Part shown: piece after piece, positions 25,377 to 37,025 of the stretch
Position numbering within the stretch: position 1 is the first letter of the stretch
How the letters are laid out: the number at the start of each line of letters is the position of its first letter
NCBI GenBank assembly: GCA_964247055.1
Contig: OZ176050.1
Coordinates: 13,826,001-13,890,000, forward strand
DNA from: Paragordius varius
Lineage: Eukaryota; Animalia; Nematomorpha
Direction: 5' to 3'
Length of the DNA: 64,000 nucleotides
Program-made: the position numbers and the translations under genes
Notes under the pieces: generated by a model
Told to the model about the DNA's origin: nothing
The model's input: the letters and a program-made list of their open reading frames with translations, nothing else
Database searches by the model: none

Positions 25377-25409
<33 letters not shown>

Positions 25410-25410
<1 letters not shown>

Positions 25411-25663
25411 GTAATGTACAAATATAAAGACAAATTTTTTTTCCAAAAGACAACATACTTATTTTAAACCATAATTTATCTTATAAAAAACATTAAATTA
25501 CAATCGTAACATACATAAATGAATGTTTTACCAACTTAAATTACTATATTAAACTTTGTAGTTTAAAACAATGAGTTATTTAACAATCAAAATTTTGCCT
25601 TTTTGAAAAAAATATTTGTCTTTATATTTTCACGTTATGTCCGTATATTTTCAATTTTTACTG
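25410..25663. mobile_element. Tc1/mariner-type MITE family B
   Basis: Right arm complete, left arm clipped by (TA)n; intron 1 of secreted gene copy 1. Confidence 0.7.
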
Positions 25664-26246
25664 AATTTTTAAATAAAGAAATACAAAAAAAACAAATATA
25701 TTTTTGATAAAAGAAAACCGTGCCATCTCAAGTAAAGGCAATGTTAGTGAAATAGGAAACTGGGATGTGGATTGCTAACACACTTAATTGTAATTAAATT
25801 AAAAGAGTTAAGTATTATATTATCTTGATAAAAAAAATTATTTAATGATTTACTTCTCTGTATTTCTTTCCACCCACTTTGATCAGATAAAACTAGCATC
25901 CAGAAGAATAGAATCAACATAACACACTTTGACATAATTTGGAAAAATGGGCACTCTTAGCTAAATGATGAGCCCACCGCTTATATAGTTATCCTACGAT
26001 CGATTGATTGGTAAATATTTGTGTGAATGTAGTTGTAGAGTGTTTATTTGCATATTTTGTTATTTTTATTTTTTTATAATATTAACCGGTTTTATTCATT
26101 CGCTTAAAACCTATTAATACATTTTGAATTGAAAGGAGTCTATATTTATTCAAAGCAAATATTATTGATGGTTTTATCTGATGAAATAAATCATTTTGGC
26201 AAATATCTTATGTAAGTGTATAGAAAAACAACTAAAATTCTAATTT

Positions 26247-26502
26247 CAATAAAAACTGAAATTATACGACAAAACGTAAAAATATAAAGACAAATATTTT
26301 TTTTAAAGGACAACCATACATTTTTAAACCTTTACCATTTTTTGTGTTCTTGTTATTTTTATATATAAATAAAAAACAATTGTAAAATATATCATTGATT
26401 TTACCATTATATACATATATATCAAGGTTTAAAAAGTATGGTTGTCTTTTAAAAAATATTTGTCTTTTAAATTGTACGTTTTGGTCCGTATATAATTTCA
26501 GA
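26247..26502. mobile_element. Tc1/mariner-type MITE family B
   Basis: Both ~70-bp arms recognisable. Confidence 0.75.
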
Positions 26503-26773
26503 ATATGTGTTCGTTAAAAAAATGAAACGGTTTTGCGTTATATATTTTGATTAATTGTAGGGTACATTTGATATTTTGGGTCGTGCTGCATGATATACGA
26601 CGAATCTATCAATATATTTAAAAATATAAGATATTCCGTCAAATTGCGTAGAATCATTTAACTGCAATTTATCGAGGGATCTTACTTTGCCTTATAACAG
26701 GTTTAACAAAGAAAAAATATCAGCGAAAATGATGAACATTTAATTTGATACAGGCCCGATTTCCTTCATATAA

Positions 26774-27044
26774 TATACCAATTACAATTTAAATTCACCC
26801 TTAACTTAAGTTCACCCTCTAACAATTCAAGTTCACCCTCAAATTATATGTTTTTCAGGATTAAAAATTGGCTATATTTTTATTAAAAAAAAATTTGTTT
26901 TAATTTAAAATAATACTGAGCAAATAACATGCCATAAAGATATAAATTATATTTATGATGAGTTATTTTAGTTCGAAAACACATAATTTATTTTTAGGAT
27001 GAATTTGAATTGTTCAAGGGTGAATTCGAACTGTAAATGGTATA
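26774..27044. mobile_element. Foldback MITE family A
   Basis: TATACCA(A/T)TTACA...TGTAAATGGTATA termini with inverted 21-bp units TTGAACAATTCAAATTCACCC. Confidence 0.8.
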
Positions 27045-27148
27045 TCAACTACAAACATCCACACAAGAGGCCAAAACATAGTTCCTCATTAATCATTTCG
27101 AATCAGGTCTAATCTCGAGCCTGGTAAAAGCACGGAATGGATTATTAC

Positions 27149-27393
27149 CAGATGCGTAGCTTGCATTTCTGGCGCCCCGTGTATGAATCCATGATGGCGA
27201 CCCCTTCTTTCCATGCGAATACCTCTTGCAGTTTAAAAAAATAATTAAATTAAACCGTAGAAATGGGTGATTTTTTATGTATTCCACTTTAAAATAATAC
27301 AGTTAAATAACTATTGTTAGAAAATAAAATCAGGGGCCCCTTCAACTATGGCGCCCGGTGCATTGGCCCCTTCCCCTCTTAACTACGCTTCTG
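27149..27393. mobile_element. hAT-type MITE
   Basis: TIRs CAGATGCGTAG and CTACGCTTCTG; 8-bp flanks ATTATTAC / ATTACTAC. Confidence 0.7.
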
Positions 27394-27559
27394 ATTACTA
27401 CTAAAACAAAAGGCTGTTGAATTTTTCATTTACTAGAAGCATATGGTGTGTTCTCTATCGATTAAAAAAATTAAAATTGTAATTTGTGATAAAGTATGGT
27501 CTCTGTAGTAAACCACACAATCTCTAAAACCTTGAATATAAGAGTTATAGGATGGGCTC

Positions 27560-28325
27560 AAACTCGGCAACAATTGGCGGAAGCATTCCATGTTTTACAA
27601 AAAATGATGACTCGAGAAATGGGTCCCAAACAATATGAATAAGCGGCTAATCAAAAATCGTACGGTTGCTTGTAAAATTCTTATGTACGCGTCAAAAAAT
27701 ATATAATTTTTGCATCGAATTGTGACGGGTGATAAAAAATGGTTTTTTTGCAACTCCAAGGCGGAAAATTGTGACTTTCATTGCCCACCCGGTCATCAAC
27801 ATCAATGCCATTTTAATTCGTCAAATGACCGTGCTTTATGTCTGATGGAAGCAGGGAGATTCTGTTTAAACATTTGAAGTCTGGGGGGGGGACCTTTAAT
27901 CGATGTTATCGGCTAAATATACCAAATTACAAACATGCATTAACTAAAATCGGGGGCCAGAAAACATAGCAAAATATGCATATTGCACAATAAAAAGCAG
28001 AGTAATTTAAATCGCTTAGAAGGGAACTCCGCATCCGTTGAACTCTCCTGACTTAGCACCATGAACCTCGTATCAATAAGGCTCACTCTTGCAGAGGGCA
28101 TTTCGATAATAATTTTGACTACGTTGAAAAATGGCTAGACAATTTTTTTTGCAAAAGACAATTAGATTTTTTAGGCACAGCATTCGTGTATTACGTGAGA
28201 GATAAGCAAAAGGTGTAGAAGCCGAGGTACAATATTTAAATGAAATAAATAATTGTTTATTTGATTACAAAATTACATGTTTACCAAAAAAAACAGTAAA
28301 AACTTATGAATAGATCTGATTTATC
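27560..28325 (+). mobile_element. Decayed mariner (Mos1-like) transposon, 3' part
   Basis: Remnant motifs KWVP, FLHRIVTGDKKW and PHPLNSPDLAP (YSPDLAP box), followed by a mariner-like 3' end; many stops. Confidence 0.85.
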
Positions 28326-29149
28326 TTAAAGCCTAAATATGGGGAAACCTAATGATTAGAATGATAATTAGTGTAAGGTTTTGTGGGGTAAAAAACTCAT
28401 TATAGGAGGGTCTACTCTATTTTTTTAGTTCGCTTTCTTTTAAATCTATTTAGCACCAATACCCATTATAACAAACAGCTGATATTAAATCAAAAATTTG
28501 CTAGCAAAGTAATCAAAAACATTCTAAACTTAATTAATCTTTATTTATTCACTGTTTTTTCAGCGATTAGAACAATTTGGTTAAATAATAATTTTTATCA
28601 ATCTTACATTATTCAAAAAATAATTGCATAGACCACGTTAAATGGAATGCATATATAAGATATTGGCCAGTATCATTTGTAAGATATTTATATCTAAAAA
28701 ATTAGTAATGAACATTTATTTGAATTTTGATTTTATAAATAAAAGGAACCTAATTAATATTTTGAGGAAAAGGCGTCCGTTTGCCTATGTCTGTTAAGCT
28801 TATTCTTTAATAGTAATTAATTTTGATGTGATTATTATCTCGGAAGTAGTAGAATCAACTTGGACATAGCATTCTGGAATACATATCTTTGCGAGTTGAT
28901 GGTTCAAATGTGCTTTAAGCTCTTAAATCTGATCTAATTTTCTTACTTAGACCGCCTGACTAACATTGTCGCTTTTTCAATATTATCGGCTTACATCCCA
29001 AGAGGCTAAATAGTTTGATATGCAGCAGGGTATTAATTTTTGAAAGGGGCCTTGTTTGAGCTAAATATACTCTAGCTTATCATCTTTTTGATCTTATGTT
29101 CCCACTGTATACTAAGCATATATTAATGGGCGATCAATTATGCATTTTG

Positions 29150-29900
29150 TCTGTGAGAGAACAACATTCACTGAAACAAACGACCTATTAAGACTTCTAC
29201 ATATAATGAAAACGAAAGCATCAAATAGAAACTGAAAATTAAGCTCAAAAAAATTTTAGTTGATTAAAACAGCCAATTTATCGATACAGCAGGGTATGTC
29301 TACCACATAACTTAACTGGGATCAAATAATTTTATAAACTGCAACGGAAAAAATGCGACAATTAAACACAAATAAATCCCTTCTTCGAAACAAGAAGTTT
29401 TTCGATTCCAGCAAAAAGTGCGTATTAGAAACAATAGTTTTTCAGCAACGCACTCTAGTTGTGAGTCCTGGACCCTCAAGAAAACTGATTACAACAAAAT
29501 AAACGCATATAAAATATTAATTTTACTTAACAGTTATTGCAGGTATAATTTTTTGCTCCGATATGAATGTGCTTAACTGAGAGGTTAAAAGATCATCAAC
29601 ACACCACATATGTTTTTTTAAAAATGAAATCGGGCATTTAACACTTCCATACCTTTTCACCTTGTAGTTTACATTTTGGATTGGTAAATAATCAAATATT
29701 GTTCTCCGGTATTAGATAAAAAGGCTCATATTTTTACACTTTTGTGTCTAGCGTCTAAAATTTACACAGCTTCACTATGGAACAGCTGTTATTAAAATAA
29801 AATTATTTTTGGTGTTGAAACGTCTGAAAGCTCTTTAAAGTTAATTATCAATTAATAACCATAAAATATATCAAAGAAAAGAATGGCGGTATTTTTTAAA
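29150..29900 (+). mobile_element. Decayed RTE-clade LINE, 3' fragment
   Basis: CESWTLKKTDYNKINAY at about 29460-29510 matches the RTE post-RT motif YGCESWTLKK..KINAFE; boundaries are approximate. Confidence 0.65.
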
Positions 29901-30340
29901 TTTTTACATTTTTACAAAAAAATTGCAGAATGGGCCTAATTGGCTAAAGAAAGCATATTTTTAAATTCGCTCAATACCTTGATTACTTAAAATATTTGAA
30001 TTTCAAATTGCTCTGAGATATGAAACTACCCCAAAAATATTGGAGCGTTAACCAACCAATCAAATTAAACGTTTTTAAAGGCACCCCGGCGCTAATCAAG
30101 CCTGTAAAACCAATTTTATAATAAAAATATTTTATACTATGATAAATTTTTTTTATACCTGTTTGAAGATGTTTCAAAAACACCTGGAAATGTAATTTTA
30201 TCGACAGGTTAAGTCTTGAAATCGACTGTAAAGAATTTCAATACTAATCTCCAAATCCAATCATTATATATAAAAATGAAACGATGCTAATAATATTTAT
30301 TTTTTAATAGACTTTGGATATCATAATTGTATAGCTAACA

Positions 30341-32908
30341 CTAATGTTTATATAAATTAAAAATCTCCAAATTAATTTCTGTCAAATCAATGCCCAATGG
30401 TGTTATCTCCAAACTTAGAGCTTTTGATTTTAGTATTGTCTATAAATATAAAATATAAAAAAACAATTATACTATAGATGTATGATAATATAAACATGTA
30501 TTCTATAAAATAATCTAAATCAAAATTTTTTGATGGTCATAAAAGTAAATTGATATTTATTACATAAAATAATGTTTTTTTTGGAATGAAAGTTTTCGTA
30601 TAATATTAATAATATAATTAAATTGCTAAATGTAATTGGCATTAGCTTTTCACAAATGTATATTTAAACGATAAATTATACTCTAGAAAGTTTAATTAAG
30701 ATAAAAAAGTGATTTACTTGTGTGTTTGTGCCTCATGTTTTTATTTATGTTTTGCTTATAAATACGCTGAACAACCTAAAACAGAGATGTCCAACACACG
30801 GTTTTTCGGTTCCCCGAGAGTGCTCAAAAAATGTCAAAATAATGAAAACTTGGATTTCAATCATAATTTACGATTATTTAGATAAACCATCGAAAATTGA
30901 GAAAAAAACCTAAAATAATCAAAACAGCCAGGAGGATAAATGTGTTAGACACCCTGGACCTATAAAACCCCAAAATATATTATTAATAAGTATTAATGCA
31001 TTATAATTCAGCTAAACTTAAATTATTCATTTTACATAAATAGCAGGGAAGTTTTCACGGGCATTTACATCAATGTAAGACGAAATTTTATTATCTTCGT
31101 CTAAAGTTTGTCGGAAAGCAAGAGATTTATCAAACGGATTAAAACATTGCATAGGTTTTTTTGGTAAATCTTGAATTATTCTAGTTCCCCGCATTTCGAT
31201 GTCTGGCACACTTATTTGTGGATTACACACCACACTTAAAACATTTTGTTTGTGAGCAGTCTCATTCGCCTCTATATCCAACATTGACAGGGCTAGATGA
31301 TTGCTAGTAACTATTTAACAAGAATAAGGATTTAGTTTTAAAAATAGGTAATATAATAAAGAATTTTATGGCAACCGTGTAATTTTAAGGTGTGTTTTTT
31401 ATATAACCTACCCATCGTTTTGGGTAGCTAAAGGAAATATAAATAAAACATTTACTAATAATCATCTTGTGGGAAAAAATCCGGAATTTCTGCAACAGAA
31501 TATTAGTCTACTTTTAATTATATCTTTTAAGTAAAAATGGAAATTATACGGATACGTAAAAATATAAAGACAAATATTTTTATTTAAAAGACTACCATAC
31601 CTTTTCAAACCTTATTTTATTTTATTAAAACCACTTAAAAACAATTGTAAAATATGTCATTGATTGTGTTACCAATATAAGTCTCTATTTTATACACTTA
31701 TATTTAATATGATTAAGTTTTAAAATAGTATGATTGTCTTTTAAAAAAAAATTTTGTCTATTTATATTTTTACATTTTGTCCGTATATTCAGTTTTTACT
31801 GTAGGTACAGTATAAATTGTAATTATACTGACTTAATTTAAAAGTAAAAGACAATTTTTTGAAAAAAAGACAGTCCTGCATTTTAAAACCTGATATTTTC
31901 CATGTAATCAAAATTAATGCAATTTTTGATTATTTAAGTTCCAATTTATACTAATAATTTCGCAACTTAAAAAGATGAAAAATATTTAAAAATGTGGTTG
32001 TTTCTAAAAAATTTTTGTTATGTTTAAAATTTTGTTTGTATAATTTTAATTTTTATTGTAATCCACCGTTGGTTTAAAAAATTTCTCAAAGTGCAGAGAA
32101 AAAATATATTTACTTAGGTTATCTCTTGAATCGTTCCTGATAATGCGAATACGAAGTTTGCAGAACATACCAAAATACATAGTTTGATTATTTTCTGTTA
32201 AAAATATTATGATAAAAACTAAATGTAATATACACAAGTTGTGTAAAAATAAACCAAATAAAATTGAAATTAATGTAAATTTATTTTAATTAAAAATAAT
32301 TAAAAATATTTATTAATTTGTAATCAGGGTAAACCAAAGATATTTACTTAATTTTAGGATTTTGGTGCGATTTAAGGGAATAGGACGGCCATTGTCAATC
32401 TGATACCTGCATTCTGGTAAAAATAATTATATTATATTTTCATTTAAATTGATTCTGACTAAAAATGCTTGATATGTTTAAAAATTTAAGCCCTATTTCT
32501 TAAATTATATACCATTTACAGTTCAAATTCACCCTTGAACAATCCGATTCGCCTTCAAGCAATTCAAATTCACTCTTGAACAATAATTACCCTAAAATAA
32601 ATTATCTGTTCTTTAAAATTAAAAACTACCTATATTTTTTTATGAAATGAAATTTTGTTTAAAATTAATATATAATACTGCAAAAAATATTAAACTATGC
32701 CATAAGCATATGTTAATGATGAATTATAAGCTCGAAAACACACAATTTATATTTAGGGTGAATTTGAATTGTTCAAGGGTGAATTTGAATTGTAAAATAA
32801 AAAAATTCTAATAAGATATATGACAGCAAGCTTACTTCTCAGTATTTCTTCTCGATTTTGCGCAAATGTAGCAACTACCAAGAATAAAATAATTATATAT
32901 TTTTGCAT
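30341..32908 (-). CDS. Secreted protein of unknown family, paralogue copy 2
   Basis: Exons 32836-32908 (MQKYIIILFLVVATFA signal peptide), 32348-32413, 32114-32194, tentative short exons at about 31395-31480, then 31036-31310 and 30341-30439. Phases are consistent and four Cys are shared with copy 1. The 3' end is uncertain. Confidence 0.7.
30782..30957. mobile_element. hAT-type MITE (176 bp) in the last intron of secreted gene copy 2
   Basis: TIRs CAGAGATGTCCAACACA and TGTGTTAGACACCCTGG; 8-bp flanks ACCTAAAA / ACCTATAA. A related arm (TGTGTTGGACACCCATG) lies at about 25015-25032. Confidence 0.7.
31531..32060. mobile_element. Two adjacent Tc1/mariner-type MITE family B copies
   Basis: Copies at about 31531-31801 and 31808-32060 (the second more decayed), in an intron of secreted gene copy 2. 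Confidence 0.7.
32508..32796. mobile_element. Foldback MITE family A
   Basis: Left TIR intact, right TIR clipped; lies in intron 1 of secreted gene copy 2. Confidence 0.8.
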
Positions 32909-33314
32909 AATTCGTAATGCAAAGAAATAGTAAGTGAAACAACCAACCCTCTCTATATTTATCCTACAAACCTATTGGTAAGTAAATATTCAATTAAAGA
33001 GAGTTTTGATTAATCTGCTAGTTAACAACATTATTACAATATGAACAGTGAACACTTACTTTTCCAGTATATTCCAGTTCTATCAGATTTTAAACTTTTA
33101 AATTCGGTGTTCAAGGACATCCCAATGACTTCTTTTGTCAATATATATTTAATGTATTTCACTTTACTAATAAAGTATTTTGAAAATCGTTTAATTTTAA
33201 TAAAAAAAGTGAACTATTAAAAAAACACAAAAAATGAGAAAAATTTAAAACTGTTTAAACGTTAGACTTAGTAATAATCTTTATGAAAGTTAAAGTTATG
33301 ATACAATTATTTTA

Positions 33315-33576
33315 CAGCAAAAACTTAAATTATACGGACAAAACGTAAAAATATAAAGACAAATATTTTTTTAAAAGACAACCATACTTTTTTAAGTCTT
33401 GATTATTTTGAATATAAATCATTGTTAAAAATTGTAAAGTATTAAATAGAGATTTATATTGGTGCCACATTTCATAATTGTAAGTAAATTATTTATATGG
33501 GGAAAACTAAGGTTTAAAAAAGTATGGTTGTCTTTTAAAGAAATACATTTTATCCTTATAATTTTAGTATTTACTG
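33315..33576. mobile_element. Tc1/mariner-type MITE family B
   Basis: TA|CAGCAAAA...TTTACTG|TA. Confidence 0.85.
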
Positions 33577-34191
33577 TAAATTGGCGCCCGAAGCCCCAAC
33601 TCAATAATAACTGTAATTAAATATTTTTGCGTGTAAACTTAATTTTAGTTGCTAATGCTCTAATTTATATCCCATAATTAGTCCTATAGACTTGTAAAAT
33701 CACGATGTTTTTAACAAAATATTTTATCGATCGTCAATGGCAAAAAAAGCCCTTACCCCGCATAATGGTTAAAAATACGTGTATAATTTAAGTAAAAATC
33801 TTAAATTATCTTCATGGTCAAAAAATTAATTATTTTCAAAATGCGCAGCTATGGAGAACAACCTTAAATTTTATTAAAATCGTGACCTAATATATATATA
33901 TTAAATCAACGTTAAATGTTACAAAATTAGTTAGTTAATGTAATTTGTTACGCTTTGTACTATAATTTACTTAATTAAGGGACATTTAAATGCAAATATC
34001 AGTCAATCCATGGAACTTACTAGTAATAAAACGCCAAATTGTAAATTTAATTTATTATAATAAGATATTCCATTTATTTTGTGACATGATGGCATAGAAC
34101 AATGGATATATGTAAAATGATTATAAAATATTTTGTTTAAATTATAGTAGATAATAATAATTTTATAGTTTAATAATGTGTAATGATTATT

Positions 34192-36990
34192 TCAAGGTTG
34201 TTGTAAAGTTTGTACTAAGGATTGGACAATTTCATCAACTTTTTCAGTTTGACAATCTGGCGGTAATTCACAATTCTATGGAAAACATAAAATGTTTTTA
34301 TATTCTTTAAAAATTAACCCCTTTTCTATAACAATATCTAAGAAAGGAAATTTTGGGGTATATGAAGTTCTAATTTAACAAAGAAAAATAGATGTGTTGA
34401 TTATTTTAAATACTTAGTTTTTTGAAAATTCAATAATACTAATTTTCTATTCTATTTTCACATAATATTGCGACAAAAGTATAATCTGTATTGATAAAAT
34501 TTGATTATTGAAAATTTAAAGTTGTCAAACAGATAGAATATTAAAGCAACATCAAATTTTAATTAATCGAATTACAACATTTTTATTTTCAAATCCATCA
34601 TCAGATAAAGGGAAAAGTTAATACAAAGAAAAATCCTTATAAAAAGTCAACAATTTAAAGGACAAATATTTTTTTTATTATAACTCAACTATACTTTTTC
34701 AGCCTTATTTTTTCCACACAAACTATAACCTAAATAACTCAAATTCCCTCGAACAATTCATATTCACCCTTAAACGATTCAAATTTACCTTAAAATAAAT
34801 AAGGTGTTTTTGATTAAAAATTACATATATTTTTTATATTTTCAAAAGCTATTCTTATTAATGATGAATATATAGCCTATAAAAAACATTATTTTTTGGT
34901 AAATTTAAATTGTTCAAGGGTAATGATTTGAGGTGGCTATATTAAATATTTGTCTTCAGGAGTTTTAATGTTTTTAAACATATTAAAAAATCTTATAGAA
35001 ATGGTTTAAAAATCTAATAGAAGAGGGCATATGCTAAAATTTTACATTAAGGTTTGCTAGAATCAACATATTGCTAACATTTTTTCGTAACAATTTGTAA
35101 TCTGCGATCGTTTTTTCATACATTTTATTGTCGTGAAGCGATGAAGAGGAATTGCATTTAGTTTTGGCCTCTTTCTCAATTAACTATTAAAAAATATATA
35201 AAAATTAAATAATAATGGTTAATTTTAATTTATATAAAACTGTATTACAGTAAAATTAATATTATAAGGACAAAATAATATAAAGACATCTTTTCTTAAA
35301 AAAACCATTTTTTTTAAAACTTAATTATTTTAAATATCTCATTGTTTTAAACTTTAAATCATACAATATAGACTTATATTGGTAACAAAATCAATAACAT
35401 ATTTTACGCTTGTTATCAAATGGTTTTAATAAGATAAACTAGGGTTTAAAATAATATGGAGTTGTTTTGAAAAAATTGTCTTTATATATTTACGTTTTGT
35501 CCGTATAATTTCCATTTTTACTGTAAAACGAGGAAACGTTGTTTCAAAAAGTAATATTATTTTATATAATTTTTTTATCATACAGTTGTTTTAATCTTAT
35601 TTTAACGTAATAGAGAAAATATATATTTTGATTTAAGCATTTATTATATAATTCACAATTGCATATTTTAAATTTCACATAAAAACCATGTTTCGGGAAA
35701 GTTTTTTTGGAAAATGTTTGGAAAAAAAGTTAGCAATTTCAACAGATCCTATTTATAAAAAATGACTTAAATTGGAAAAAAAAGTTTAAGGTTTAAATTT
35801 AATAAATGATCATAAATTATTTTACAAATGATATATACTTACTTTCTTAATTTCTTCTTGGTATTGATTTTTAAGGGAACTTAAATTTAGATTAATTAAG
35901 CTATCGATATCAAATCTATCCACATCCTCTGCCGTAAAATGGTAATTTGGTGGTGTAAAATATTTAAGGATTTCTCTAAAAATTTATAAATAAGAAATAA
36001 AATTAAATTTTGTAGGCAAAAATATGAAATAATGATTTGAAAAATACTTAAAAATTAGGGAAAATATAAAAAAATACGATGAATAGTCCTGGATACAAAA
36101 ATTATAATTTTAACAAAAAAATATAAATATTAAAATTACTATTAACCGTTTAAAATATTTTATATCAATGATTTTGTGACGTAAATTACAGTAAAACAGA
36201 AAAATCGTTTTCGAAAATTGAAATTATAGGGACAAAGGGTAAAAATATAAAAACAAATATTTTTTTAAAAAATACAACCACACTTTTTAAATCTTGATTT
36301 ATTTCAATATAACTCATTGTTTTTAATGGCAAAATGTAAAATAGAGATATTTATAACTACAATCAATTCTATATTATACAATCTAAGTAGCTTATATATG
36401 AGAAAAAATAAAATTTTAAAAAGTATGGTTGTCTTTTAGATAAAAATATTTGTCTTTATAGTTTTACGTTTCGTCCGTATCAGTTCAGTTTTTATCGTAT
36501 TTTTTAGCACTAATGTTTAGGGTCACAAAAATAGCATATAAAATTTGTAATTAAACATAGCAACCAATGTATTTATTGACTATCGTTAAGAAAATTTACC
36601 TTTTATTTTTTAAGTTTTAGCCTTATATTTATTACATATTTTAATCGTAATTATCCAAGTTATCGTAAAATTAACGAAAAAATACCATTTTGTACATAAC
36701 AAATATTTTTTATATTTTCAGCCATAAAATTATATATACCATTTACATTTCAATTTCACCTTTAAATAATTCAAATTCACCCTTGGACAATTCAAATTCA
36801 CCCTAAAATAAATTAAGTTTTTTTAAGATTACAAAATAATACTTAAAAAATAATAAATTTTGTTATAAAAATATATTTAATTTTGATGATGAGTTATATT
36901 AAACCGAAATGTCATAATTTATTTTTAGGGTGAATTTGAATTGTTCAAGGGTGAATTTATATTGTTCAAGGGTAAATTCGAATTGTAAAT

Positions 36991-37025
<35 letters not shown>

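Larger units (their letters stand above)
23235..25935 (-). pseudogene. Secreted-protein gene, paralogue copy 1 (probably frameshifted)
   Basis: Exons 25854-25935 (signal peptide MSKCVMLILFFWMLVLS), 25300-25365, 25135-25214, 24322-24593 and 23235-23324 match copy 2 exon for exon. Exon 3 is 80 nt against 81 nt in copy 2, giving TGA at the donor. The two short middle exons of copy 2 were not found here. Confidence 0.6.

Noticed and set aside
28750-29100. Possible second LINE fragment on the minus strand (RKDMYSRMLCPS)
   Set aside because: The similarity is too weak to call without a profile search.
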